Assembly: GCA_039586815.1 (NCBI GenBank)
Contig: JBDHJR010000022.1
Coordinates: forward strand, 785 to 64,784
Direction of reading: 5' to 3'
Length of the DNA stretch: 64,000 bases
DNA from: Gemmatimonadota bacterium
Lineage (GTDB): Bacteria > Gemmatimonadota > Gemmatimonadetes > Gemmatimonadales > GWC2-71-9
Below the pieces are notes generated by a model, which was not told the DNA's origin, searched no databases, and saw only the letters and a program-made list of their open reading frames with translations. The translations under genes and the position numbers were made by a program. Below, one piece after another: positions 10,701-18,282 of the stretch; positions within the stretch are counted from its first letter, which is position 1, and the number at the start of each line of letters is the position of its first letter.

Positions 10701-11164
10701 TCGGCGCGCTCCGACAGGAGCCGGTCGATCATCTGGGCCTCGATCACGACGCCGGCGTCACTGCCCAGGCCGGTTCCCTGCAACAGGTCCGCCACGTCGC
10801 GCAGGCGCACCTCGGACTGGTTGATCAGGTAGTCGCTCTGCCCGCTGCGCGAGATGCGCCGCATGATGACGACTTCGTGATACGAGATGGGGAGTACGCC
10901 GTCGCTGTTGTCGAACACCAGGGAGACGTCGGCCAGGTTGATCGGACGTCGTTTGACGGAACCCTGAAATATCACGTCGTCCATGCGCGCGCTGCGCAGC
11001 AGGCGGGCCCGCTGCTCACCCAGCACCCAGCGCACCGCGTCGGAGATGTTGGACTTGCCGCAGCCGTTGGGGCCGACGATGGCCGTGATGCCGTCCTCGA
11101 AGGCCAGTTCGGTCGCGTCGGCGAACGACTTGAAGCCCGACAGCTCCAGCCGGGTGAGTTTCAT
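7697..11164 (-). CDS. smc: chromosome segregation protein SMC
   Basis: 1155 aa. Walker A GPNGCGKSN, long Glu/Arg/Ala coiled coils, signature LSSGERAL, Walker B FCLLDEVDAPLD. Confidence 0.95.
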   Translation of the reverse strand: MKLTRLELSGFKSFADATELAFEDGITAIVGPNGCGKSNISDAVRWVLGEQRARLLRSARMDDVIFQGSVKRRPINLADVSLVFDNSDGVLPISYHEVVIMRRISRSGQSDYLINQSEVRLRDVADLLQGTGLGSDAGVVIEAQMIDRLLSERADERRSLFEEAAGIGLYRDRKASTERRLERTGADLQRLDDLIGEVHTQVRSLSRQRGKAERHRQYSEQRFAIVMTLTRRELEAFDVRHADLQQRREALQLRIPEVRQTIADRERRRETRVQERGAAEARRTELERRLGETRVELERLEGDMNVAAERLEHLSSRRGRAIEERTQAEARAQHAERELEAAAAERQAAETARQSVQTELDLRTASESEARQRLQQQRDQVRELESALQRTAENSRALSGELTALEGELGELGHQQAEAEERLRVAQQEHTAARDALEAARSALAERERDEREAGAELERARHSLAAAREHEAAVRVERREVEESIAQLSARREALAELERKREGMAPAARALLAARQEFGEGAILGPLSDFLSLSPDEARVTERLLADWLQAVLVRDEATVEAVTAWHARTNPGPLVLLPAEPGPSPTPGTPPELSVTAPAGPWVAALLSGSRAHDAEGRLVRRANGAVFLPGTETAGPLSRRAELDELGRRLDEANGRLEDLTRRAQQAAEAHGQAERALEEATERGNRARTGLREAQGASDDAGRHLHRAERERGEADQAVARLRERNAERQARRQEVTEGQAAGEAARTRMTEDLRAQQTALADVESVQEAARERRVHWQVEEAQVSAREQAAIEREQRARQALDEARSASERLTTELAEIEGNTGSLTEQRGEWTDTLSERRVAVQQLEDATREAETAAAAAGEILESEEHGLEETRAEADRLNEELHHLELELTEAAGRRRALTERVEAEWHKPFETLLAEAPEVEGELETLRREADDLARELEQMGPVNPLAVQEHAEEKQRLDFLQSQREDLVSARNSLQQALREIDQTAREMFLETFTAVRENFRSVFTTLFEGGECDVRLADESAPLESDIVIQAAPRGKRIQRIHLLSSGERALVAISLLFSIYLTKPAPFCLLDEVDAPLDDANVMRFVRLLEEFKDETQFIVITHNPRTMQVADAVYGVTMQEPGVSTIVGVRLGRAAQTGT

Positions 11165-12441
11165 CGAGTGGTTCCTGTTCTTGGTACGATGGTGCCCTGG
11201 AGGTCCACTGCTGCGAGGATGGAGTCCGCCAGGCGCGCCTGCTCGGGCGTTTCGAAGGCGCCCACGAACAGTCTCGCGGTTCCGTCGGACGCCTCCACAA
11301 TGTACGCTGCCGCCCCCCGCTCACGTAGCCCCTGGCGCGCGGCGAAGGTGTCGGGGTAGCTGTCCAGGCTGATGGCGTGCGGCGTGCGCAGAATCGTGCC
11401 GTTGGGCCGCTCCACCAGGCCCCGGGTCCACAGGCTGGCGAGCGCGCGCTCCGCCGCGTCGGGCGTGGATACGGCGGCCACCATGAGCCGATACCAGGTT
11501 CCCTGGCGGCCCAACCTCACCGGGCTCACGGTCGCCGTCCAGCCCGCATCCTGGTACTCGCGAGCCCCCTCGAGCGCCGCATCCATGCTCTGGAAGGCCG
11601 CCACCTGCACGGCATAGTAGAGCGAGTCGGCACCGGGTTGCTCGACCGGGGCCGGGAGGGCCCCCGCGGTTTCTGTAGCAGGTACGGAGTCGGGCCCCGC
11701 GCTAACCGCGCCATTGCCACGCTGCGGCAGGACCACTGCGAGGCCCGCAGCACCGAGCACCACTGCCCCGGCGGCGGCCACAGCCCAACGGCGCCCGTGC
11801 GGTGGGCGTACCCGACGAGTGGCCACCGGGCGTGCCGCTGCGGGACGCGGCCGTGGGGGAGCGGTCACCCGTGGCGGCGGTGTGTCGACGACGACGTCCA
11901 CGGGCGCGGCGCTCCACTCGACCGGCAGCACGAGCCGGCGGGCCGCGCTCTGCTTGCCCGCCGGCGCCAGCGCCACGACGCGGTCGGGCTCCACCGCCAG
12001 CCGCTCCAGCGCGCGGGCCGGCACGAGCAGCAGCAGCAAAGCTCCCTCGGCGCCGAAGCCTCGGGCAAGGCGGCGCCAGCGCTGGTGCGACCAGACCTCG
12101 TCGGGGTCGGTGGGCTGGGTGCCCACGGGTATGACGTGCATGCCGGGCACGTCCTGCTCCACGGCCACGTGCTGCAGCGACGCGCCGTAGAGGAACGCAT
12201 CCACCACGCCTTCACTGCCCCCACCTGCGGCGTGGCTGTCGAGCACCGGTTCCTCGAGGCAGAGGTCCACCAGGGCCACACGGCGGCCCGACCGCGCCAC
12301 GGCAGCCGCGAGCTCCCAAGCCATGCCCACGCTCGGCTGCTCACCGCCTTGCAGCGCGACGAGGGTAACGATGCTTGCCTCTGCCAGGAGGTCGGGAGCT
12401 GTGGTGGGGAGCTCTGCCCTGGGAAGCTCCCGCTGCGTCAT
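11161..12441 (-). CDS. membrane protein with degenerate MinD/BY-kinase-like P-loop domain and two C-terminal SPOR repeats
   Basis: ATG at 12441 (ATGA with the upstream stop); its own stop overlaps the smc start (ATGA). VTLVALQGGEQPSVG occupies the KGGxGKT position. One TM segment (WAVAAAGAVVLGAAGLAVVL). SPOR-like YYAVQVAAFQS...WYRLMV and ARLFVGAFETPEQA. Confidence 0.65.
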   Translation of the reverse strand: MTQRELPRAELPTTAPDLLAEASIVTLVALQGGEQPSVGMAWELAAAVARSGRRVALVDLCLEEPVLDSHAAGGGSEGVVDAFLYGASLQHVAVEQDVPGMHVIPVGTQPTDPDEVWSHQRWRRLARGFGAEGALLLLLVPARALERLAVEPDRVVALAPAGKQSAARRLVLPVEWSAAPVDVVVDTPPPRVTAPPRPRPAAARPVATRRVRPPHGRRWAVAAAGAVVLGAAGLAVVLPQRGNGAVSAGPDSVPATETAGALPAPVEQPGADSLYYAVQVAAFQSMDAALEGAREYQDAGWTATVSPVRLGRQGTWYRLMVAAVSTPDAAERALASLWTRGLVERPNGTILRTPHAISLDSYPDTFAARQGLRERGAAAYIVEASDGTARLFVGAFETPEQARLADSILAAVDLQGTIVPRTGTTR

Positions 12442-13895
12442 GGGTTGGTGCGCGCCGTGTCCAACATGAGGATCCAGGACGGCATGTCGAGCATGCGCCG
12501 GGTGTCTTCGGCCTCTTCTCGCGTGGTGTACGGGCCGAGCACGACGCGGTAGGGCTCGAGGAAGTCCGCCGGTGGGAGCACCGAGGCCGGCATGCCGGCG
12601 CGACCCAGGTTCGCGGCCAGGTCGCGGGCCCAGTCGTCGTTGTGCGTGGCGCTCACCTGCACGTAGATGAGCTGGCCCGACTCGGGCTCCTCGGCCTCGC
12701 CGCTCTCGGCCAGCTCCAGCACGGGACGGCGAGGATCCCACGCGAGCGGCATCCAGTGGTCGCCCTGCTCGTCCAGCACCGTGCCGGTCTGGCGCAACGA
12801 GTCGGGCGACAGCGCCAGGATGCGGATGCCGCGCCGCAGCAGGATCGTGCCGTCCGGGCCCACGACGGGAAGCTGCTCGTCCCACTCGCCGTCTACGCTG
12901 CCCACCAGCTGCCAGCGCACCGCGTCCACCACCCAGATGGCTTCGTCGAACTGCGACTGCACCAGCAGCAGGCGTCCGGTGGGGTCGGTGCGGAGCGCGC
13001 TCGCGGGGCCCTCCAGCAGCAGGGTGTCGAGCACGGCCAGCGAGAAGCGGTCGGTGCTGAGCAGGCGTCCGGCAGCGTCCGTGACGAAGACGCGGTGTGC
13101 CGAGGGAGAGAAGGCGGCCACTCGGGCCGCGTCGAGCAGCGGAGCGAAGCGCGGCGGCGCACCCGCCGTAACGTCGAGCACCACGAGTCCCGAGTCGGTG
13201 GCCACGGCTGCTATGTCGCCCCAGCGCGACAGCGCAACGATTCCCGCCGGCAGGCGCTGGGACACCGGTGACTGCCCGTCGGCGAGGAGCTGCAACGTGC
13301 GCCCTTCCTCGTCGGGGACCAGGCCTACGAGCCGGTTACGCGCCGCTCCCCAGATGGCGCTCGGCAGTCCGTCGAACCTGGCCGACCAATCGTTCACCGA
13401 GCGCTGGCGGATGGTGGCGACCGAGCTGTCGTCGTGCACGACGTAAGGCGTCCCCGTGGGACCGATGGTGGCCAGGACCACGCTGGTGTCGACCACGCGG
13501 GCGCGGCCGCTGGTCAGGTCCAGAGCCACCAGTTCCGCGTTGCTCGTCAGGGTGAAGGCCAGGTCGTCGTCTCCCGCAAACCCCACTGTGTGGGCCACGG
13601 GGTTGTCCTCCGCCTCGAAGCGCCACGCCACCTGGTCCAGATCGGGCAGGCGATACAGCGTCGCGTCACGTTGGCCGTTCGCGGCCGGGAAGCGGAACAC
13701 AACCGAAGGAGTGACGCTGCCACCGTAAGGCGCTCGAGCGAGCGCCTCGCGCAGCGAGCTGTCGTCCTGGCCCGACGAGCAAGCGAACGACAGGGCGAGA
13801 GCCGTAAGGAGAGTGCGGCTAGAGGGCACGGACCAAGATAGGGCGGTAGGGTGGGAAACGGGAGGCGGGAAACGGGGAACGGACCGGGTTCGCAT
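12438..13895 (-). CDS. lipoprotein with beta-propeller-like body and C-terminal SPOR domain
   Basis: ATG at 13895 (TGATG junction with rsfS). Lipobox LALSFAC. Repetitive strand-rich body. C-terminus LIYVQVSATHNDDWARDLA...YRVVLGPYTTREEAE (SPOR). Confidence 0.65.
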   Translation of the reverse strand: MRTRSVPRFPPPVSHPTALSWSVPSSRTLLTALALSFACSSGQDDSSLREALARAPYGGSVTPSVVFRFPAANGQRDATLYRLPDLDQVAWRFEAEDNPVAHTVGFAGDDDLAFTLTSNAELVALDLTSGRARVVDTSVVLATIGPTGTPYVVHDDSSVATIRQRSVNDWSARFDGLPSAIWGAARNRLVGLVPDEEGRTLQLLADGQSPVSQRLPAGIVALSRWGDIAAVATDSGLVVLDVTAGAPPRFAPLLDAARVAAFSPSAHRVFVTDAAGRLLSTDRFSLAVLDTLLLEGPASALRTDPTGRLLLVQSQFDEAIWVVDAVRWQLVGSVDGEWDEQLPVVGPDGTILLRRGIRILALSPDSLRQTGTVLDEQGDHWMPLAWDPRRPVLELAESGEAEEPESGQLIYVQVSATHNDDWARDLAANLGRAGMPASVLPPADFLEPYRVVLGPYTTREEAEDTRRMLDMPSWILMLDTARTNP

Positions 13896-13930
13896 CACGC
13901 TTCCCGCTTCCCGCTTCCCCCTTCCCGCTC
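13853..13930. repeat. G-tract arm / C-tract arm palindromic repeat (copy A, inside coding sequence)
   Basis: gggaaacgggaggcgggaaacggggaacgg ... gcttcccgcttcccgcttcccccttcccgctc. The rsfS stop / lipoprotein start (TGATG) lies between the arms. Confidence 0.7.
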
Positions 13931-14320
13931 CGCCGCTCCCGAGGCCGCTGCCACATCCACCACCTCCGCGTCCCCCCACAACCGCTCCAGCTGGTAGTAC
14001 GCGCGCAGAGTGGGGTGGAACACGTGCACCACGACGTCCACGAAGTCGAGCAGTGCCCAGCGTCCCGCCGCCACCCCCTCGACGTGATGTGGCCGCCGGC
14101 CGGACCGCTCGATGGCTTCCTGTACGCTTTCGGCCAGGGTGCGCACGTGCACGTCCGAGGTGCCCGTCGCGATCACGAAGTAGTCGGCCGCGTCGCTGAT
14201 GGGGCGTAGGTCCAGCACGACGACGTCGGCCGCCTTGTGCTCGTCGAGCGCTGCGACGGCGGCGCGCAGATCGCGCCGGGCGTCGTCCTCTACGCCCGTG
14301 GGGTGCTGTTTGGCGGGAAT
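13895..14320 (-). CDS. rsfS: ribosome silencing factor RsfS (start codon uncertain)
   Basis: AALDEHKAADVVVLDLRPISDAADYFVIATGTSDVHVRTLAESV...WALLDFVDVVVHVFHP..RAYYQLERLWGDA. No ATG/GTG/TTG lies upstream of the conserved first helix. The 14320 end is an ATT codon; a CTG at 14269 is the alternative. Confidence 0.75.
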   Translation of the reverse strand: MPAKQHPTGVEDDARRDLRAAVAALDEHKAADVVVLDLRPISDAADYFVIATGTSDVHVRTLAESVQEAIERSGRRPHHVEGVAAGRWALLDFVDVVVHVFHPTLRAYYQLERLWGDAEVVDVAAASGAAEREGGSGKREA

Positions 14321-16155
14321 GGCTCTGCGGCTTCCGAGGGCGCGGCGTCTTCGACCTGCCAGAAGACGCCCCAGGCGCCCAGGCCGACGTGCACACCTAG
14401 GGCTGCGGTCACGTCGCTCACGTACGTGTCGCGAGGCTGATAGCGGCTGACGACTTCCTGGTGAACCTGCTCGGCAAGGTCGGGCACGCCGGCGTGCGCC
14501 ACGGCTATGCGCAGTGACTCGGGGCGAGGCGTCAGCCGCCGGTCGAGGTGTCGCAGCACGCGCGGGACCAGCGCTTCGCGGCCGCGTACTCGGTCGAGCG
14601 GCACCACCCGGCCGTCCAGGCCCACCTCGAGGATCGGCTTGATGTCCAGCAGTCCGCCGAGCCACGCTCGCCCGCGGCTCACGCGCCCCGAGCGCAGCAG
14701 GTTGTCGAACACGTCCACGGTGAAGAACGCGCCCGACTGATCGCGAATGCGATCCAGCTCCCGCACGATCGCGGGGATCTCCCACCCCGCATCGGCCAAC
14801 TCGGCGGCGCGGATCGCCAGCATCCCCAGCCCGAACGACGCGGTGCGCGAGTCGAACAGCGTGACGCGGTCACCGCTGTCTCGTGCCTTGGCCGCCGCCT
14901 GTGCCGAGGCGAGCGTGCCCGACAGGGAGCCGGCGAGGAACACCCCGAGGACCTGGTCGGCGCTGGACAGCGCGTCCTCGTACGCGCGCACGAACGCCCC
15001 GGGCGTCGGCTGCGAGGTAGTGAAGATCTCGCCGTCGCGCATCCGGTCGTACAGCTTGCTGCCGCCGATTTCCAGCCGGTCCAGATAGGTGGTTTGGTTC
15101 TGGATCACCTGCAGCGGAACGACCACCATCCCGTGCTGGTCGACCAGCTTGTCGGGCAGGTCGCAGGACGAGTCGAGCACGATTCCGATCTTGCGGTGCG
15201 CCTCCTCTAGCGCGCGGTGCTGTTCCCGCATGTCGTCGGCCTTGGTGGACTCGATGGTCCCCCAGGTCTCGGCGAGCGCGAACACTTCCTGCGGCGTGTC
15301 GGTGTGCACGTGCACCTTGAGCAGGTCCTCGGTGGCCAGGACCACGATCGATCCCCCGAGGCCGCGCAGCGTCTTGCGCAGCTCCGTGCTCGGAGGAAAG
15401 CCGCTGCCGCGCACCAGGACCTCGGTGCAGTAGCCGTAATCCTGCTCGGCCGCGACCTCGGCGATGGCTGCCGCGTCGGGTACCGTGTACTGTACCGGCT
15501 CCGCCGCAGGCAGAATCGGGTCGCCCTCGATCAACCGCATGACCCCTTCGAGCACCCGCACGAACGCCTTGGCGCCGGCGTCCACCACACCGGCCTCGCG
15601 CAGCACTTCGAGCAGCTCGGGCGTGCGGCGCAGCGAGTCCTCCGCGCGCCGCATGACGTGTACCATCATCTCCTGCAGGTTGTGGCTGTGCCCGGCGGCA
15701 AATTCCGCCGCATCCGCCGCGTCCCGCGACACCGTGAGAATGGTGCCCTCCACCGGCTCGTCCAGCGATTCGTACAGGTGGTTCGCGCCGGCGCGGATGG
15801 CACGCGCCACGTCCCTCGCTGAGGCGACCTCGAGGTCACCCAGCGACTCCCGGAATCCGAGGAGGAAGTGTGAGAGCAGCATGCCCGAGTTGCCACGGGC
15901 TCCGAAGACGCAGGAATCCGCCATGGCACGGGTGACCACCGGCAACGTCGCGCGGTGGTGCAGCGCGCGCACTCCCTCGGCCGCGGCGCGCAGCGTCATG
16001 GCGAAATTGGTGCCCGTATCCCCGTCGGGAACGGGGAACACGTTGATGCGGTTGAGTTCCTCGCGGCCCGCGTCGACCCAATCGGCGGCAGCGATGACGG
16101 ACCGCCTCAGGCGCGGACCGTCGAGGTAGGTGATCCCGGTCGCCGTTGCCGTCAC
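14290..16155 (-). CDS. Dak2 (FakA-like) domain fused to a full DegV (FakB-like) fatty-acid-binding domain
   Basis: N-terminus INVFPVPDGDTGTNF (Dak2). Middle YGYCTEVLVRG...KVHVHTDTP (FakA middle domain). C-terminus IGIVLDSSCDLPD...TTSQPTPGAF...SLSGTLASA...LLDIKPIL (DegV). GTG start overlaps the rplI stop (GTGA). Confidence 0.85.
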   Translation of the reverse strand: MTATATGITYLDGPRLRRSVIAAADWVDAGREELNRINVFPVPDGDTGTNFAMTLRAAAEGVRALHHRATLPVVTRAMADSCVFGARGNSGMLLSHFLLGFRESLGDLEVASARDVARAIRAGANHLYESLDEPVEGTILTVSRDAADAAEFAAGHSHNLQEMMVHVMRRAEDSLRRTPELLEVLREAGVVDAGAKAFVRVLEGVMRLIEGDPILPAAEPVQYTVPDAAAIAEVAAEQDYGYCTEVLVRGSGFPPSTELRKTLRGLGGSIVVLATEDLLKVHVHTDTPQEVFALAETWGTIESTKADDMREQHRALEEAHRKIGIVLDSSCDLPDKLVDQHGMVVVPLQVIQNQTTYLDRLEIGGSKLYDRMRDGEIFTTSQPTPGAFVRAYEDALSSADQVLGVFLAGSLSGTLASAQAAAKARDSGDRVTLFDSRTASFGLGMLAIRAAELADAGWEIPAIVRELDRIRDQSGAFFTVDVFDNLLRSGRVSRGRAWLGGLLDIKPILEVGLDGRVVPLDRVRGREALVPRVLRHLDRRLTPRPESLRIAVAHAGVPDLAEQVHQEVVSRYQPRDTYVSDVTAALGVHVGLGAWGVFWQVEDAAPSEAAEPFPPNSTPRA

Positions 16156-16598
16156 GCTTCCTTGTCGACCCAGACCCGGACTTCGGCGCGGACGTCGGGA
16201 TGCAACCGGATCGGCACCTGGAAAACGCCGATCATCTTGATCGGCTCCTCCAGCTCGATCACGCGCTTGTCCACGGTGAGTCCATGCTCGGCGAGTTGGC
16301 CGGCTATGTCGGCGGACCCGATGGAGCCGAACAGCTTGTCGCCCTCGCCCGCCTTGACGGTGAAGCGCACCTCCAGGGCGGCGAGCTGCGCGGCGAGTGC
16401 CTCGGCATCACCTTGCTGTGCCGCCAACTTGCCCGCTTGCCGCCGCGCCTCGGCATCTGCCCGTGTCCTGTTGCGCGCGGTGGCCGCGAAGGCCAGTCCC
16501 TTGGGAATCAGGAAGTTGCGGGCGTAGCCGTCCTTGACCTTCACTACCTCGCCGGCCCGGCCCACGTTCTCCACCGTCTCTCTAAGAATCACTTCCAT
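16152..16598 (-). CDS. rplI: 50S ribosomal protein L9
   Basis: MEVILRETVENVGRAGEVVKVKDGYARNFLIPKGLA, 148 aa. Confidence 0.95.
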   Translation of the reverse strand: MEVILRETVENVGRAGEVVKVKDGYARNFLIPKGLAFAATARNRTRADAEARRQAGKLAAQQGDAEALAAQLAALEVRFTVKAGEGDKLFGSIGSADIAGQLAEHGLTVDKRVIELEEPIKMIGVFQVPIRLHPDVRAEVRVWVDKEA

Positions 16599-16601
16599 CC
16601 G

Positions 16602-17567
16602 TCAGTCTCTCGCATGCGGTGCCGTCCACCGCCGTCTCAGGTCCAGACCCGCGTCCAGCACGCCCAACACAATGGCACCGCCAAGAGCAGCGGGCAACAC
16701 CAATAAGAAGATCACCGCGAGGAGCGCCGAGAGGAAGATCCCCCCGGCTCCGATGAGCTGCAGGCCAAAGGCCGCCACAGCCGCCCCGCGCAGGGCGTAC
16801 AGCGCCCCGCTCACAACCAATACGTTTGCCGCCACCGCCTTGAAGGCGGCCAACTTCGGGATCAGCACCACCACGAGCGGGATGGCGAGGGCCCACCCCA
16901 GGTGCTCGTTGAACCGGAAGTCCCGCAGCCGGCGGAGCGGCACACCCGCCGGCTGCCGGGCCACCCGCTGGTAGACCGCCGTTGCCAGCGCGACGCCCGC
17001 CAGCAGCTGCAGCAGCGTCACCGCCGGGAAGAAGTCTGCCAGGAACTGCGCCACGGTGCCCAGCCAGGCCTCGAGCTGCTGCAATGTCTCGGGCGCCGGA
17101 TCGGAGATGCTGCCCGGGGCGGCATACCAGATCTGCGCCATCAGCATCCTGGCGGTGTGGCCGGCGCGGCGGGCGACCCACCAGTGCAACTCGCCCCACG
17201 AGGAGCCCAACGCCATGAGCAGCGCGGCGGCCCCGGCGGCGGCACCTGCAACCGCCAGCAGCCCCCGGTGGATCACCCGAAGCTGAGTGCGGAAGGTCGC
17301 CAGCACGAAGAGCGCGGTGGCGATCACGGCCGCGGCTCTAACCATCTGATCGGGAAGCTCCCCGAGCCCGAGCAGCCACCACACGCTGAAGCCCGCCGCC
17401 AGGCCGGCCGTCACCGTCTCGCCCCGCGTGCGGGGGCTGGAGCCGAGCAGCAGCACGGCCAGCGGCAGTGCCGCGAGCGCCAGGGGAGCCACTATGGCGA
17501 AGGCGACGGCCCCCGCCACCAGACGCCCGAGCCCGCCCTGCGGCGCCTGCTCGGACGGCTGCGTCAT
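16602..17567 (-). CDS. DUF2232 (YybS-like) polytopic membrane protein
   Basis: 321 aa with multiple hydrophobic helices. Sits between rpsR and rplI, as yybS does in Firmicutes. Confidence 0.65.
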   Translation of the reverse strand: MTQPSEQAPQGGLGRLVAGAVAFAIVAPLALAALPLAVLLLGSSPRTRGETVTAGLAAGFSVWWLLGLGELPDQMVRAAAVIATALFVLATFRTQLRVIHRGLLAVAGAAAGAAALLMALGSSWGELHWWVARRAGHTARMLMAQIWYAAPGSISDPAPETLQQLEAWLGTVAQFLADFFPAVTLLQLLAGVALATAVYQRVARQPAGVPLRRLRDFRFNEHLGWALAIPLVVVLIPKLAAFKAVAANVLVVSGALYALRGAAVAAFGLQLIGAGGIFLSALLAVIFLLVLPAALGGAIVLGVLDAGLDLRRRWTAPHARD

Positions 17568-17789
17568 CTAGCGGGAGCGGCCCCGTACGTACGGCACCAA
17601 TGCCAGGTGCCGCGCCCGCTTGATGGCCTGTGCCAGCTGGCGCTGATGCCGCGCGCACATGCCCGAGAGCCGGCTCGGGATGATCTTGCCGCGCTCGGTG
17701 AGGAAGCGGTACAGGGTGCGCTCGTCCTTGTAGTCCACCTGACGGACACCCATCTCGCATACCGGGCAGCTCTTGCGAGGGCGCCTCAT
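17568..17789 (-). CDS. rpsR: 30S ribosomal protein S18
   Basis: [57 protein letters not shown]. Confidence 0.95.
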   Translation of the reverse strand: MRRPRKSCPVCEMGVRQVDYKDERTLYRFLTERGKIIPSRLSGMCARHQRQLAQAIKRARHLALVPYVRGRSR

Positions 17790-18193
17790 GATTGCCCCTC
17801 CTCGGCGCCCTGCGGCGCGGCTTCCTTGGATTCCGGCTTGGACTCGGGCTGCGCGGGCGTCTCGGCGGCCGGCTCGGCGGTCACGCCCACCGGCGGCAGT
17901 CCCTCGTTGAGGACCAGCAGGTAGCGCAACACCGCCTCGTCCAGCTTGAGCGCCCGCTCGAACTCACTCAGGACGTCGGGACTGGCGTCGAACTGCTCCA
18001 CGACGTAGTAGCCCGTCTCCTTGCCCTTGATGGGGTAGGCGAGCGTGCGCTTACCCCAGTGACTTGCCGACGTCACCGGCTCGGCGGTTTCGGGCGTCTT
18101 GATCAGGGAGTGGAAGCGCTCCAGGCGCTCATTCACCTGCGGCTCTTCGAGCGTGCTGTCGAAGATGTAGACCAGCTCGTACTTCCGGGTCAT
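17786..18193 (-). CDS. rpsF: 30S ribosomal protein S6
   Basis: [17 protein letters not shown]...[20 protein letters not shown], acidic C-terminal tail. ATGA overlap with rpsR. Confidence 0.95.
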   Translation of the reverse strand: MTRKYELVYIFDSTLEEPQVNERLERFHSLIKTPETAEPVTSASHWGKRTLAYPIKGKETGYYVVEQFDASPDVLSEFERALKLDEAVLRYLLVLNEGLPPVGVTAEPAAETPAQPESKPESKEAAPQGAEEGQS

Positions 18194-18239
18194 CGCACCA
18201 TCCTTCGGACAAAGTGACCCCGCCCGGTGCTGGGCGGAG
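18194..18239 (-). promoter_or_regulatory. rpsF 5' leader hairpin plus Shine-Dalgarno (candidate S6:S18 autoregulatory leader or attenuator)
   Basis: On the transcript: cuccgccc-agcacc-gggcgggg (8-bp stem, 18218-18239), then ucacuuuguccGAAGGAuggugcgAUG. Confidence 0.3.
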
Positions 18240-18282
18240 TAGGAGATTTGTGAGCGGGGAAGCTAGTGGGTTTCTGAGCTAC

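Noticed and set aside
9752-11359. 535-aa plus-strand ORF, plus many 100-300-aa ORFs between 7997 and 11372
   Set aside because: All are antisense or out of frame relative to smc, which has unambiguous Walker A, signature and Walker B motifs. The peptides are low-complexity and Arg/Ala/Pro-rich.
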